Origin: Trichomonas gallinae
Taxonomy: Eukaryota
Reading direction: 5' to 3'
Assembly: GCA_008369845.1 (NCBI GenBank)
Contig: MRSU01005911.1
Coordinates: 1-36,524, forward strand
DNA length: 36,524 nt
The position numbers were made by a program, and so were the translations under genes. The notes under the pieces were generated by a model. It searched no databases. It saw nothing but the letters and a program-made list of their open reading frames with translations, and was not told where the DNA came from. Below are positions 1 to 11,718 of this stretch, piece after piece (within the stretch, counting starts at the first letter, position 1; each line of letters begins with the position of its first letter).

Positions 1-509
1 TGATATAAAATTGTCCTAACAATCTGACACGGCCACCGGCTTCGATACGGTTTACCGGCTTCAAAATGGGGTCACTGTATATAAAAATATTTATGAAAAA
101 GACCGCTTTTTTTGCATCTATCCAACTTTATCATGAACATGAAAAGTAAATTGTATCTAAAATATATGAGAAAATCGTCTGTAATAATTTTTTTTTTTTT
201 AATTTTGATTTGATAAATAAGAGTCCATTTGAAATCTGATACTATTAATTTCTACCATTATTATATGAAACATAAAAATCTATAGATAATTTATTCATCG
301 AATGTCTATGTCAGAAATTTTTACGATGATAAAATTTGAAAAAAGATGTAAATTAATTGTATAACAGGCGTTACATTCAAAAATTTACGTCCAAATCATA
401 TGACTCCATGCCTCTGATTATTTCATATTTCATGATTCAGAAAAAAAAAATCGGTTCCGATTATTATTTTTTTTTTTTTGTTATGAAAAACTTGGGAAAA
501 ATTAAAATT

Positions 510-516
510 TCATTTT
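510..516 (+). promoter_or_regulatory. Trichomonad initiator (Inr) element
   Basis: TCATTTT ends 6 nt before ATG 523 and matches the TCA(+1)YT/A consensus. Confidence 0.65.
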
Positions 517-522
517 AGAAAT

Positions 523-2487
523 ATGGCTTTCAGAGACAGCATGATTAGATTGGTGAAACCAACAGTTAGGGTTGTACCATACATCATAACACAGTATTTA
601 TGGTTTTTCATATTAGTTTTAGTCTATTTGGTTCCAGTTTGGATATTTCCGACTTACAAATCGATAATTAAGCCATCAAATCATAATACAGAATGGTCCC
701 TAGATGCAGATCCAATCGTGTTCGCTCATATTACAGATATCCACATTGGAAATAATAATCCAAAAGCGACAGAACACTTTAGGACTGCAAGAGATTGGAT
801 TTTAAATACGATGAAGCCAAATTACATAATCGCTACAGGTGATTTAGTAGATAATTTCATTAACAGATTGGCTGCACAAAATTCTGAAGACTGGGACATA
901 TACAAGAAAGAAATAGAAAATATAACATCGATTCCTTATTTAGATATGCCTGGAAATCACGATGAATTTGGAATAAGTTCTTTCGAAAGCAAAAATCACA
1001 GCTACATTCAAGGCAAAAATCTAACATTCGATGATTTTATTGTTTCAAAGAAGAAATTAACTTATGAAAACACAAACATTTATTTTATTGTTTTCAATGC
1101 TTACAAATTTCCAAGTCCTAGAGGAAATCACAATTATTATCCAACACTTACAAAAGATTATCTCGATCGTTTGGAGAAAGCATACAATGGAATTCAACAA
1201 AACGACATTGTTCTGTTTTTCTCTCATTATCCACTATGTTACTTTGATAAGAACACAAAATCATCCAGTGGAAAAACAATTTTTGATTTAGTTTCAGACA
1301 CAAAGTTTCCACAGTATTTCATCAGTGGACACAAACATCCAGATAAAACAATCCAAATTCACAGAGGAAATCAAATCGAAATCATTGGTGTTGATTTGGT
1401 TTCTCATAACATGTTAGCTGCAATTTCTATTGACCACAACAGATTTGTTTACACACCAATTAACAACTCGAATCATTCCAATTTTATTATTACTTCTCCT
1501 ATTCCAACAGAATATTTAACTAATTTGAATCCTTTCAATGAAGAAAATTCATACATAAGAGTTCGCGCTTATACAAATTCATCACCAGACATTTCAGTTA
1601 CAGGTGATGTTAACACAACACTAGAATGCAGACATGCGAAAGATGGAAATGGATATGTTTGCTCAGCTCCTTTCTCTTTAGGAGCAGGAAATCATCAAAT
1701 TTCTTTCACTGGTGATTTCGAGCAAAATTTATCTTTCGTTATCAATGAAAACGTCACGTTCTTTGAGAAAGCTCCTAATGAATCATACAGCGCACACAGA
1801 ATATATGTTTTCGCAGCAAGCATGATTTTTGTGTTTGCAATAATGTATCCAATCAAAATGCCGGATATTATAGTTAATTGCGAGAAATGGATAAGGCTCA
1901 TTGAAGTTGAAAACTTCACGAATGCCAAAGGATGGATTGTATCAATGCTATTAGGACCTGTAGTTTTCAAAATGAGATTCCAAAATTTAAGAGAATCGAC
2001 GAAAATTTTCATAGTATTCATCACTCTTTGGATTATTATCATGCCAATGAATTTCTTTGAAATTGATGACAAGCTCGGAATTGAATGGGCTTATGGCATA
2101 ATATACGACATGTATATTGTTAATGATGACTATTCTAAAATGATGGCATCATTTTTCGTCAAAGATATCATTTGCGGTTTTCTCATTCTAGCCACGGGTT
2201 GTTCAGTTAATGCCGACTTACTCGGTCCTGCGTCAATTGCCGATTATGTATATTTTGGTATGATTGTCTTGAGCTGCATAAAGTTTGATATTCTTGAGAG
2301 TATCAGCAACAACGGAAAGTTATCCGCGGCTTTTTCTCCATGTTTCATCATTTCACCAATAATTTTGCTTGCTGTTGCTTGTTTTGAAAAGATTTCCAAT
2401 TATATTGAAACTGAAGAAAAAAGAAATAGAGGAAATAAAGCAGAAGATAATGCAATTAACGATGTTGTTCATGTTGTTGGGGTATAA
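523..2487 (+). CDS. Calcineurin-like metallophosphoesterase with N- and C-terminal transmembrane segments (TMEM62-like architecture), 654 aa
   Basis: All five metallophosphoesterase motifs occur in order: TDIH, TGDLVD, PGNHD, SHYP, SGHKH. There is one N-terminal hydrophobic helix and several C-terminal TM helices. Inr TCATTTT at 510-516 precedes the ATG, and the stop lies within TAAA. Confidence 0.85.
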   Translation: MAFRDSMIRLVKPTVRVVPYIITQYLWFFILVLVYLVPVWIFPTYKSIIKPSNHNTEWSLDADPIVFAHITDIHIGNNNPKATEHFRTARDWILNTMKPNYIIATGDLVDNFINRLAAQNSEDWDIYKKEIENITSIPYLDMPGNHDEFGISSFESKNHSYIQGKNLTFDDFIVSKKKLTYENTNIYFIVFNAYKFPSPRGNHNYYPTLTKDYLDRLEKAYNGIQQNDIVLFFSHYPLCYFDKNTKSSSGKTIFDLVSDTKFPQYFISGHKHPDKTIQIHRGNQIEIIGVDLVSHNMLAAISIDHNRFVYTPINNSNHSNFIITSPIPTEYLTNLNPFNEENSYIRVRAYTNSSPDISVTGDVNTTLECRHAKDGNGYVCSAPFSLGAGNHQISFTGDFEQNLSFVINENVTFFEKAPNESYSAHRIYVFAASMIFVFAIMYPIKMPDIIVNCEKWIRLIEVENFTNAKGWIVSMLLGPVVFKMRFQNLRESTKIFIVFITLWIIIMPMNFFEIDDKLGIEWAYGIIYDMYIVNDDYSKMMASFFVKDIICGFLILATGCSVNADLLGPASIADYVYFGMIVLSCIKFDILESISNNGKLSAAFSPCFIISPIILLAVACFEKISNYIETEEKRNRGNKAEDNAINDVVHVVGV

Positions 2488-3411
2488 AATATTAATTTTT
2501 TTAACATCAATTTTCCATATTTTCGTATGATAACAATTGTTTTTCACATTCGAATACGGTTTAGTTAATCACTAGCATCCTTGTTGTATTAATGTATAAT
2601 GCAATAACAATATTTTTTGATATGAAATCGTATTCTTTTTGCATTTAAAGGCTTATTAATCATAGAGATAAGTAGCTATTCAATGGCTTTATTCAGATAT
2701 AGACATATTTTTCATATTTGTGGTAATTTCTTGATTTCAGAAAATATATTGTCATTTGTTGCTTTGTTAAATGAAATTTATTGTTACTGAGAGTGTATAG
2801 CATATTCTGATGAGTTAAAAGGTCTGCCAATGTAACAAAATATTCCTTGCTGGAATTCATTCATTTACCATAAACGGGAACAATGGGTGCAGTATGAGGC
2901 ATATATGAATGCAAAGCCACGATCTAATTAGCTGAATCCGGTAAATTTTGTCTATTTGAATTAAAGATGACACTCATAAAGTTGAATTTTTCATTGCCAA
3001 ATATCAGCCTAGCCCATAGAAATGAGTATTATGCGGTGGTCATTCGAAGATCTTGTGATATATGTTTTTCGCAATAAAAACAATGAGAAAATAGCATCAC
3101 TATATGATAATTCATTTAATATGATGACATATATAATCATGGCATGCATGAAAATGCGTGAATTCAACTCTTTGCCTAAAATCGCTTCGAAATCATGCTT
3201 TAAACAAAGAAACGCGGCCATTCTTCCATTGAATCCATCAAATATAGTCAATAGGATGTAAACTATTATGCTTGCAAGCCTAAAAATCCATTTTTTGAAT
3301 CCAATATTTGCGAATCCTTGACAAAATCCAAAAATTCGCTGATAAATCGATTAAAGATCAATTAAAAAGCCAAAAAACGTAAAGAAAAGAAAGATTTTAT
3401 CAGTGAGGCCT

Positions 3412-3419
3412 GACGGTTT
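3412..3419 (+). promoter_or_regulatory. M3 (Myb-like, DRCSGYTD) core promoter motif of Rab1
   Basis: GACGGTTT lies about 30 nt upstream of the Rab1 ATG at 3446. Confidence 0.5.
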
Positions 3420-3445
3420 GATTCAAAAAGTTTATTTTTCCTAAG

Positions 3446-4080
3446 ATGACCGCGAACGATTAGTTCTATTTTATTTTCTAACATACAGTGATTACCTCTT
3501 TAAGGTACTTATTATTGGCAACTCCGGTGTCGGTAAGTCCTGCCTTCTTCTTCGTTTTGCTGAAGATATGTTCTCTGATAACTATATTTCAACAATCGGC
3601 GTCGATTTCAAAATCAGAAAGATAGAACTTGATCATAAATCTATCAAGCTCCAAATTTGGGATACCGCTGGCCAAGAACGTTTCAGAACAATCACAAAAT
3701 CATACTATCGTGGCTCTAATGGTATCGTTGTCGTCTATGATATTACCGATCGTGAGTCATTCGAACAGGTCTCACACTGGATGAGTGAGATTGACTCCCA
3801 CGCCTCTCAGGACGTCTGCCGTCTCCTTGTCGGAAATAAGTCCGACTTGCCAGACCGCGTTGTCAAGACAGAGGAAGGTGAGGCTCTCGCCCGCCAGTTC
3901 GGCATTCCATTCATGGAGACATCAGCCAAGGATTCTATCAACGTAGAAAACATGTTCATTACAATGGCCCAGTCCATGAAGAAGAAGGTTGGCGGTATGG
4001 CTGCTTCTGGTTCTTCTAATGGTGGCCAAGTCACAATCGCTAAGGGCCAGGCTGTCTCTAGCAAGGGTGGATGCTGCTAA
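3446..4080 (+). CDS. RAB1: Rab1 small GTPase, two exons (3446-3462 and 3489-4080), 202 aa
   Basis: The spliced product reads [29 protein letters not shown]...[12 protein letters not shown]...[13 protein letters not shown]...NKSD...ETSAK...GGCC (geranylgeranylation site). The ORF track (start 3568) misses the P-loop; removing 3463-3488 restores the frame. Confidence 0.96.
3463..3488 (+). other. 26-nt spliceosomal intron (phase 2) in Rab1
   Basis: GTTCTATTTTATTTTCTAACATACAG has GT...AG ends and a fused branch point/3' splice site, TCTAACATACAG, close to the trichomonad ACTAACACACAG consensus. Excision joins TA+T to give the Tyr of the conserved DYDYLFK motif. Confidence 0.95.
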
Positions 4081-4839
4081 ATTTTTTGACCTTCTGAATA
4101 AAATCGATGGAATATCTCGCTATACTAAACGCATTCTCTATTGGCGTATTTAGAAATAGTAAGAATAAAATGAAATTGACATTTTAATTTCGAAAAATGA
4201 GGACTCGTTTCTTATGCCTTTGCTCACAGCTCCTCATTACAACAAATAATTCATACAAATTATTTCTGATTTCAAATTTTCCAATTTGAATCTGCTTAAA
4301 TCGCTAAGATATTTAAGCCAACAACCTTTCTTCGAACAATATGAAGATTGGGTGAGTATCTAAGGTTGGTTTGATTAAAAATAAAGTATTGGATAATTGG
4401 TTGTTTAAAACTGGCTTTGCTCGTATCAACAAACTTGAGTTTTATTATCAAGCTAATATGAATTTAATTGATTCATTGTTTAAATCAATCAATGGAAAAA
4501 ATCAATATCTTACAAAACGCACGAATTTAGCAAGATGTGATTGAGAAGAGAACCATGAATGGGTCACAAATATGTGAGATTTAATTTTTATATTTAATCG
4601 ATTCGATTACATTTATTGCCTCATTTAAGTCTAGCAACAATTGAAATGAACCTACCAAATCGAGTAGGATATAATATATTTATTACACAGACAAAAACAA
4701 AAAATAATTATAAACGAAAATTAATACACTAAATTAAACAAGCTATAGAATATACAAATTGGTTAATAGCTTGAATAAATCATAATGATGTATTCAAATT
4801 ATAGGTAAACCGCATAAGATTTTGAGATATGAATTGAAA

Positions 4840-5208
4840 TCAGATCTTTTGTGAAGGAGAAGAGATTAACGACAATATAACTTTCTTTGTAGAATCTGCC
4901 AACTTTCCATCTTCAATGGTTTTTGCAGCTTCTTTGATTAATTCCTGTTGAGATTGTATTGAGATGTAAATATCAGGATAGAAAAACGATTTGAGTGACA
5001 CCAAGAGCTGTGCTATTTTGAGTTTTGAATGATTTTCTAATTCTTGCCATTGTTTACTTGAAAATAATTGCTGTACAAAGTAATCTCTTTGCTTTATGTT
5101 CATTTGTTTGCATAACAAGGCTATCTGGGTCAATGTGTTAACAGGCCAAGTTCCACATGTGTTTTTTGCGGAGTAGAAAATCTCGTCGATCAAATTGTCT
5201 TTATTCAT
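4840..5208 (-). CDS. Small all-helical protein, possibly a stand-alone ENTH/VHS-like domain, 122 aa
   Basis: ATG start with Inr TCATTT (5211-5216, minus strand) just upstream. The segments PVNTLTQIALL, HSKLKIAQLLVSL and LIKEAA resemble tepsin/epsin-type ENTH helices. The domain call is by eye only. Confidence 0.65.
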   Translation of the reverse strand: MNKDNLIDEIFYSAKNTCGTWPVNTLTQIALLCKQMNIKQRDYFVQQLFSSKQWQELENHSKLKIAQLLVSLKSFFYPDIYISIQSQQELIKEAAKTIEDGKLADSTKKVILSLISSPSQKI

Positions 5209-6837
5209 GGAAATGAACTATTCAAAAATTGAATGATTCAGGTCAGTTTTACACCAAAAAGGATGAGAAATAGTGTATATTAAAATGTAAAATAATCATT
5301 ACAAAAATTGAGAACGCATTGAAAATGTGATCTCTCAAAAATATTATTTTAGGGTAAATCTCATATCCATCACATTGTATAAATAAATATGCTATCATTT
5401 TTAGAAATGTTCTTATAATTAACTTTCTGTTTATATTTGAGCCTTAACATTTTAACCATATAATCATGATCTTTATGTGAATATATTTTTTAATTTGCTA
5501 AGATTTTTATTTTTGGAGCCATAAATAATGAGTTTTATTGGTAGTATATTTGATGAAAATAATATTTCAAGAGCCCATTTATCAAATTCTTGAATATGTA
5601 ACGAATAATTTTTACAAATTTGATAAAACGAACGTCACCGTCTATGAAAACAAATTCCGTAGGTTGCACGGGTATCGAATTTCTTATTGGATTGAAAATT
5701 CATATACTGCACTGCAAAGATTTTGCGCAAACAAAACTTTGTATATTCAAATTAATTATAACTTCATATAGCCATGATACATAGCCATATCCCAAAAAGG
5801 TTGTTTTAGGAATTGTGATACTGCAATAAAAATATTCAATGATTTTGCTCAATTTTATTTACATCATGATTGGATTACTCGAACGTATCAAATTTTATAA
5901 TAATTTGTGCCCTATCAATTTGACATCAATAACACAAATTTGAATTGTTGATATTACGCGCCAAATTAATAGTCAATGATTTAACCGTGCCATTATCTCC
6001 ATTATTTCATATCAATTTTGAGGGCAAAATGTTTCTCAAAAAATCAAATTCTTAGAACGTCAAATGGGTCACTTGTAATAAGTTAAAACAACATTAGTAC
6101 AATGCACATATTAGCATTTTCTTCGTTTAGAATATTCTTTTTGCATTTTTGATACATTTTGAAAATATTAATCGCTCCGAGACCACTCTATACTTCTGAT
6201 AATGATTCCAATATATTAGCCTCATGATATATATGAAGAAAATATCTCCCAAAATGTTGAACTACATTAATTTTAGATACGATATATTGAAAATTTAAAG
6301 ATTACAGTGGAAAGATTACAAATAGCAAATCATCGAATAATAAGAATATTTACAATTATCACATCTTTCTATATGAAAATAAATTATTTTTGCCTTATAA
6401 ATACGCTAAATATATGTTTATAATCGTGCCAATTACTGTATCATATTTATCTGCATTCGTATGTGGAATATGCAGCACAATTTTATTTACATATTCAACA
6501 TTATTTCTATTTTTTTGATACTTTAGCTGGCTGAATATTTGGAATACTGCCATCTGATGCCCATATGTAAATATATGTTGGCGTGCCTGATCTTCCTTCA
6601 TAGCACAATTTACTCATAATATCAATCATGTGTCTTTACATGTCAAATGGCGTACGTTATTTATCAAATTTAATAAATTTTGTCTCTTTACATGTCATTT
6701 TCAAATCAAATTAATAAGTTTATTTGTCAATAATATAAGTTACGTGACATTATTCATAAAAATTTCAATGCTTTACATAAAAACATGACAAGATATCAAT
6801 TTTATTTGTCAGTTTTGATGGGTCACCTTTTTATTTG

Positions 6838-6845
6838 TCACTTTT
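6838..6845 (+). promoter_or_regulatory. Inr element of DRG
   Basis: TCACTTTT ends 16 nt before ATG 6862. The ORF-track start at 6835 is TTG. Confidence 0.65.
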
Positions 6846-6861
6846 TGGAGCCATAGCCAAA

Positions 6862-7977
6862 ATGAGTGAAACGAAGAAAATACAGGAGAAGATCGATGCG
6901 ATTGAGCTCGAGTTATCAAGAACACAGATTAACAAGGCTACAATGCATCACATTTGCCTTCTTAAAGCTCGTCTCGCCCGTATGAAGCGTGATGTCCTCG
7001 AAGCTGCCACAAGAAAGGCCGGCGGACCAGGGCAAGGCTGGGAAGTTAAGAGATCTGGTGATGCTAGAATTGGCCTCTTTGGTTTCCCGTCAGTTGGTAA
7101 GTCCACGCTGTTGAATGCTTTGACTGGCCAATCATCTAAAGTCGCTGCTTACGAATTCACAACTTTAACACCAGTTCCAGGCATCCTTAACATTAACGGT
7201 GCCAAAATCCAAATTCTCGACCTTCCAGGTATTCTCGAAGGTGCTGCTGATGGTTACGGCCGTGGTAAGCAAGTAATCTCAATTGCAAGAACATGTTCGC
7301 TAATCTTGATGGTTCTCGATGGTATGAAGTCCCTCGACCTCGTTAAAATCCTTGAGAAAGAACTTGCAGGATATGGTATCAAACTTAACAAACAGCCACC
7401 GAAAATTAGAGTCGATGTTCGTGATAGAAATGGATACGCCATTACATCTAGCTGTGAGCAGCCATATATTACGCCAGAACTCGTCGAAGAAATTATGAAA
7501 ACACAATATCGTATACAGCATGCTGTCGTTCACTTCGATCAGGTTGCAACAATCGATGACCTGATTGATGTCCTCGAAGGAAATCGCGTTTACATCAAAT
7601 GCATTTATGTTATCAACAAATGTGACCAGCTTTGGCCAGAATATACAAACGTTCTCGCACAGCGTGATCACACAATGTGCGTCTCAGCTTTCTCCGGCTA
7701 TAATTTGAGAGAGCTCGTAGATGCAATTTGGAAAGAACTCAAGCTTATCAGAGTATTTACACAGCCAAAAGGCTGCGATCCAGATCCTGATCCGCTTGTT
7801 CTTTCATCTGATCGTAATACTATTGAAGATTTCTGCAATAAGATTCATACATCGCTTGTTGAGAGATTCAAGCTTGCATGGGTCTCTGGAAAGTCTGTCA
7901 AACACAGCCCAGGTCAAGTTGGACTTAGGCACGAACTTATGGATGGAGATACTGTGACTCTCGTTCTATCTGGATAA
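6862..7977 (+). CDS. DRG1: Developmentally regulated GTP-binding protein (DRG/Rbg, Obg family; DRG1-like), 371 aa
   Basis: N-terminal TQINKATMHHICLLKARLA helix-turn-helix, G1 GFPSVGKS, G2 YEFTT, G3 DLPG, G4 NKCD, and a C-terminal TGS domain (VGLRHELMDGDTV). DRG1 versus DRG2 is tentative. Confidence 0.92.
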   Translation: MSETKKIQEKIDAIELELSRTQINKATMHHICLLKARLARMKRDVLEAATRKAGGPGQGWEVKRSGDARIGLFGFPSVGKSTLLNALTGQSSKVAAYEFTTLTPVPGILNINGAKIQILDLPGILEGAADGYGRGKQVISIARTCSLILMVLDGMKSLDLVKILEKELAGYGIKLNKQPPKIRVDVRDRNGYAITSSCEQPYITPELVEEIMKTQYRIQHAVVHFDQVATIDDLIDVLEGNRVYIKCIYVINKCDQLWPEYTNVLAQRDHTMCVSAFSGYNLRELVDAIWKELKLIRVFTQPKGCDPDPDPLVLSSDRNTIEDFCNKIHTSLVERFKLAWVSGKSVKHSPGQVGLRHELMDGDTVTLVLSG

Positions 7978-8584
7978 AGATTATTTATATTTATTATTAT
8001 GCATAATGTGAACTTAATTAACCTCCTTTTTCCTTTGTTTTTTGAAATTTTTCAAATCTAAATTCAATCAACAAGGATGACAAATGTATTCTAGTCTTCA
8101 ATCAAAAAGATTAAATATGAGAAAAATGATGAATAATAAACTGATATATTTTTTTAGGATTCAAATTTACAAGAAAATATAAAGTAAATACTTTAAATGA
8201 CTACAATAATCCATAATTCATATAGTGATTTAATGGTCATTGATCCAATCAGTTAATCATTATTGGCTAAAAATAAATATGGATGATCAAATCGAAAATC
8301 ATTGTGTTTTGAACTGATAACATGTAACTATTAAATCTGTTAAGTTGAAATAAAGATTTTGACATATTTTCGAATTTCTTATAAATTTCACATAGATGTG
8401 TCTCGCTGATTATGTGTAATTATTGATAAGTTTGCATTGTATTGATGTATTACTGTAATTATGGGAACCATGCGCGTTCAAAATCCAAAAAATAAGATTT
8501 TGCAATTAGATTTAAAAATTGAACATGTAGATTACTATTTGATTTAACTGTACTATAATTTAAACAGATAAAATATCTATAAGC

Positions 8585-9673
8585 TTACAATTCTTCGATA
8601 ACTGGTTGATCACCCTCTTCTGGCTTTTGTTCCTCGTCGAGAGCTGGTTGTCCATCCTTGATATCCTCAAGGTCGTGTTCTTCGTCCTCTGGTGTTGTTC
8701 CTTCTGGCATCTTTCCTTTCGGATTGTAGAAGCCAAGGCCAATAGCAACCAAAAGAAGGATAATACCAAGGCAAGAAATAAGAATTTCCCAAACCTTGTA
8801 TGGAGCCCAATCTTTCATGAATGCGACACCGACGACGACACCGACAACGATTTGACCGAATGGAACTAAGTTACCACCGATAGCACCCCAAACGTGGACG
8901 ATGTAGTTATAACCTGAGGCAGCAAGACCAGATGCGAGGAAACCAACGAGAATTGGCCATAACCAAGCGATTGCCGGGGCATCATGAGATTGCTGAGCGA
9001 TTTTCTTTGGACCACTCCAAATCAAAGAGACAATAAGTGTCAAAACTGATGAAAAGCCAAGTTGAATAACGGATGAAGCCATGGCATCACTGTTTGAGGC
9101 CTTCCACTTCATTACTACTGGAGCGAGACCGAAGCATGCGACACCAACGACAAGAAGAGCCCAACCAAGAGCCATATTTCCGACGGCTGCACCGCCCGAA
9201 GCGTGTAAGAATGATGGGATTGAGCAAAGTGCGACACCGAGGAGTGAGAAGAAGAGAATAAGTGCTTTTTGCCAGTTGAATGGCTCATCTGGAAGAACAA
9301 AGTGTGATAAGATCGCACCAAAAGCAGTAGCGAGTGGCTGAGCGATTTGGACTGATGCTGATGTAACCCATAATTGTGCAACAGCAATTACAGAGTGTGG
9401 AATACCGTGGAAAAGAAGACCACCTAATGCCACCCACAAAATTGGCACAATACCATGTGTATAGTGAGCCTTAACGACTTGCCAGTAGCCCTTTTGTACC
9501 AAGCACCTGATACCGCAGACAATGCAGGCAGTAACGAAGCCAGCAAGCATACGGTAGAAAATCATTAAGATTGGTGCAAAGTACTTGAGACCCTGCTGTA
9601 CAGCAGCGAAAGCACTACCGTATGTCAGCGAAAGGAATACGAAAACAAGCGCTGATGGTATTGTGCACTTCAT
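8585..9673 (-). CDS. Drug/metabolite transporter (DMT, EamA-like) with about 10 TM helices and an acidic C-terminal tail, 362 aa
   Basis: EamA-type motifs LTYGSAF, PILMIFYRM, SASVQIAQPL and ILSHFVLPDEPFNWQK, in two repeats of 5 TM helices. The first ATG is at 9673 (the track start 9742 is TTG). Confidence 0.85.
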   Translation of the reverse strand: MKCTIPSALVFVFLSLTYGSAFAAVQQGLKYFAPILMIFYRMLAGFVTACIVCGIRCLVQKGYWQVVKAHYTHGIVPILWVALGGLLFHGIPHSVIAVAQLWVTSASVQIAQPLATAFGAILSHFVLPDEPFNWQKALILFFSLLGVALCSIPSFLHASGGAAVGNMALGWALLVVGVACFGLAPVVMKWKASNSDAMASSVIQLGFSSVLTLIVSLIWSGPKKIAQQSHDAPAIAWLWPILVGFLASGLAASGYNYIVHVWGAIGGNLVPFGQIVVGVVVGVAFMKDWAPYKVWEILISCLGIILLLVAIGLGFYNPKGKMPEGTTPEDEEHDLEDIKDGQPALDEEQKPEEGDQPVIEEL

Positions 9674-11718
9674 TCTAAAAATTGAGAAAATGTAACTCTC
9701 ACAAATAAAAAAATTTTTTATCAAAAATAAATTTTGGGCCAACTCATTGAATTATTATTTTTAAAACCAGTCTATACTTATTTACTATAAATATTATAGT
9801 GATTTTTAAAATTAAACGATGAAAAACCATGATTTATTTTCTATGACAAAAATTTTAATAATTCCACTGTTTACATATTTTTAGATAATGATTTTTTTGT
9901 ATCGTTTTTTCAAAATTTAATTCTCAAATTCAGTAATCAACGAAATAATGCAAATATAGTGTCTATACATATCATCAAATATATTTATGTTGTTATTTTA
10001 AAAAAATAATTTCGAAATGCGAAAAACTATATTTTTTACTATTTTGAGGCTGTATGTATAATGAATATGTGGTTTTTCAGAAAAATAAACTGTTCAAATT
10101 TTTTTACCAAATTTTCACATTTCTCTAATTCAAAATGTTGATCATCAAAAAAGAATAAATATTATCATGACAATATGAAAATGTGAAATCAATAAATTTA
10201 ACGATGAAGAATTTTTCAAAAGTGAAATCATATTACGGGCGCGGAGGAATCATCGAAAATTATGTGAAAACTCATATATTCATCTAAAAGATTAGTTTGA
10301 TTTTAAATTGCTATGAAATTTGAATTGAAAATGATCGTCACTGTTTTTTTATTCTTTTAGCAGTCTTCTCAAATTTACGAACTATTCGAAATATGGCTTT
10401 GCTGATGTAATTATGAGAATACCATCCTAAAATTGTATTAGCTAGATTTGTTTTTGTTATTAAGCGACAAAAACGCGATATTTTATTATAAAAATTTACG
10501 AAAACTTGATATTTTCTACCCAAGCTCATATATGTGTATTTTCAAAAAGAATTTTATGCATATCGATATATGTTTTGGTTCATTAAACTTATTTTTAATT
10601 TGAAATTTCTAATTTTATCAACAAAAACTTCTTTCCACATTCTAACACTATTAAGTTGAACAATTACATTATAAAAATACCTTAAACAATTGTTTTTGTC
10701 CTGATTAATTAAGGATTTTTTTGATTTTTGTAGTTTGGAAGTTAAAATCAATCTTTCTCTTTCATGTATCATGTTTATACTGACATAAATGTTTAAACGA
10801 TTAAGTTATTTCCTTTGGTCGAGTCAATACGAGTATTTTAATTAGACTGTAAACTTGCAGACTTCAGCAAATGGTATCTGGTCTGTATTAGATTATATTG
10901 TACGAAGTAATTTCTGTCTTTCCTATACTGAAAATTGTCTGATTCTTATTTTGCGATCAACAACGATTTTTGAATGCAATTTTGATATATTTTATTGTTA
11001 CTTAACTGATTTGCACTGTTATATCAATTTATATCTTAAATAACAAGACATTCATCAAATGTAACTGAAATGAGACCCAAAATCGTTGCCATATGCATAG
11101 GCAAAGTATAAAAGACCGTATTTCATGCACATTGCTCTATCTGACACATGGGTTAAAAATAAAAATTCAGATAGTGATCGATATAAGGTTATTTTGTCAT
11201 TTTATTATGATTTACATGGCAAATATAAATATTTATATGACAAAGTTAAAGATTTACAAAACAATACTCATTTTTTCAACATAAGTATGATCAAAACCTG
11301 CTTCACTGTCTTTAAATTCGCAATCATGTCAATATCAGACCTTTCTTTTGATATTGACGAGATAAATAAGTTGTTATGTATTATCTCAAAATTGATTTGA
11401 TTATTATTTGTAAATCAATGATTTAGACGTAACTCTAGGATAATAGCATTGTTATTATATTGAACCATCTGTATAATTTAGATTTTTCATAGATTTATAT
11501 TTTGAAATTTTATATATAACATGTTGATGAATCTTACAATGAAATAGCATTATAAACATCGGAATAAAAATTTATTACTTAAAACACACAGTATTTTGAA
11601 GAAAAATGATTTTTTTCAAAAAAATATTAGATAACAATTGTGAATTGCAGTGAGAAATGAATTGAGTTGTCGATATATGTTTCATATTTAAAGTGATGAA
11701 ATCATTTGTGTTTCATGA

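Noticed and set aside
4201..4269. Single BspA-LRR-like peptide (SYAFAHSSSLQQII)
   Set aside because: One short motif between stop codons is too little to call a pseudogene.
4559..6826. Repeated ATGGGTCAC (about 4559, 6064, 6818)
   Set aside because: It is short, only one copy is near a start codon, and it overlaps the reverse complement of the known M2 core (GTCAC).
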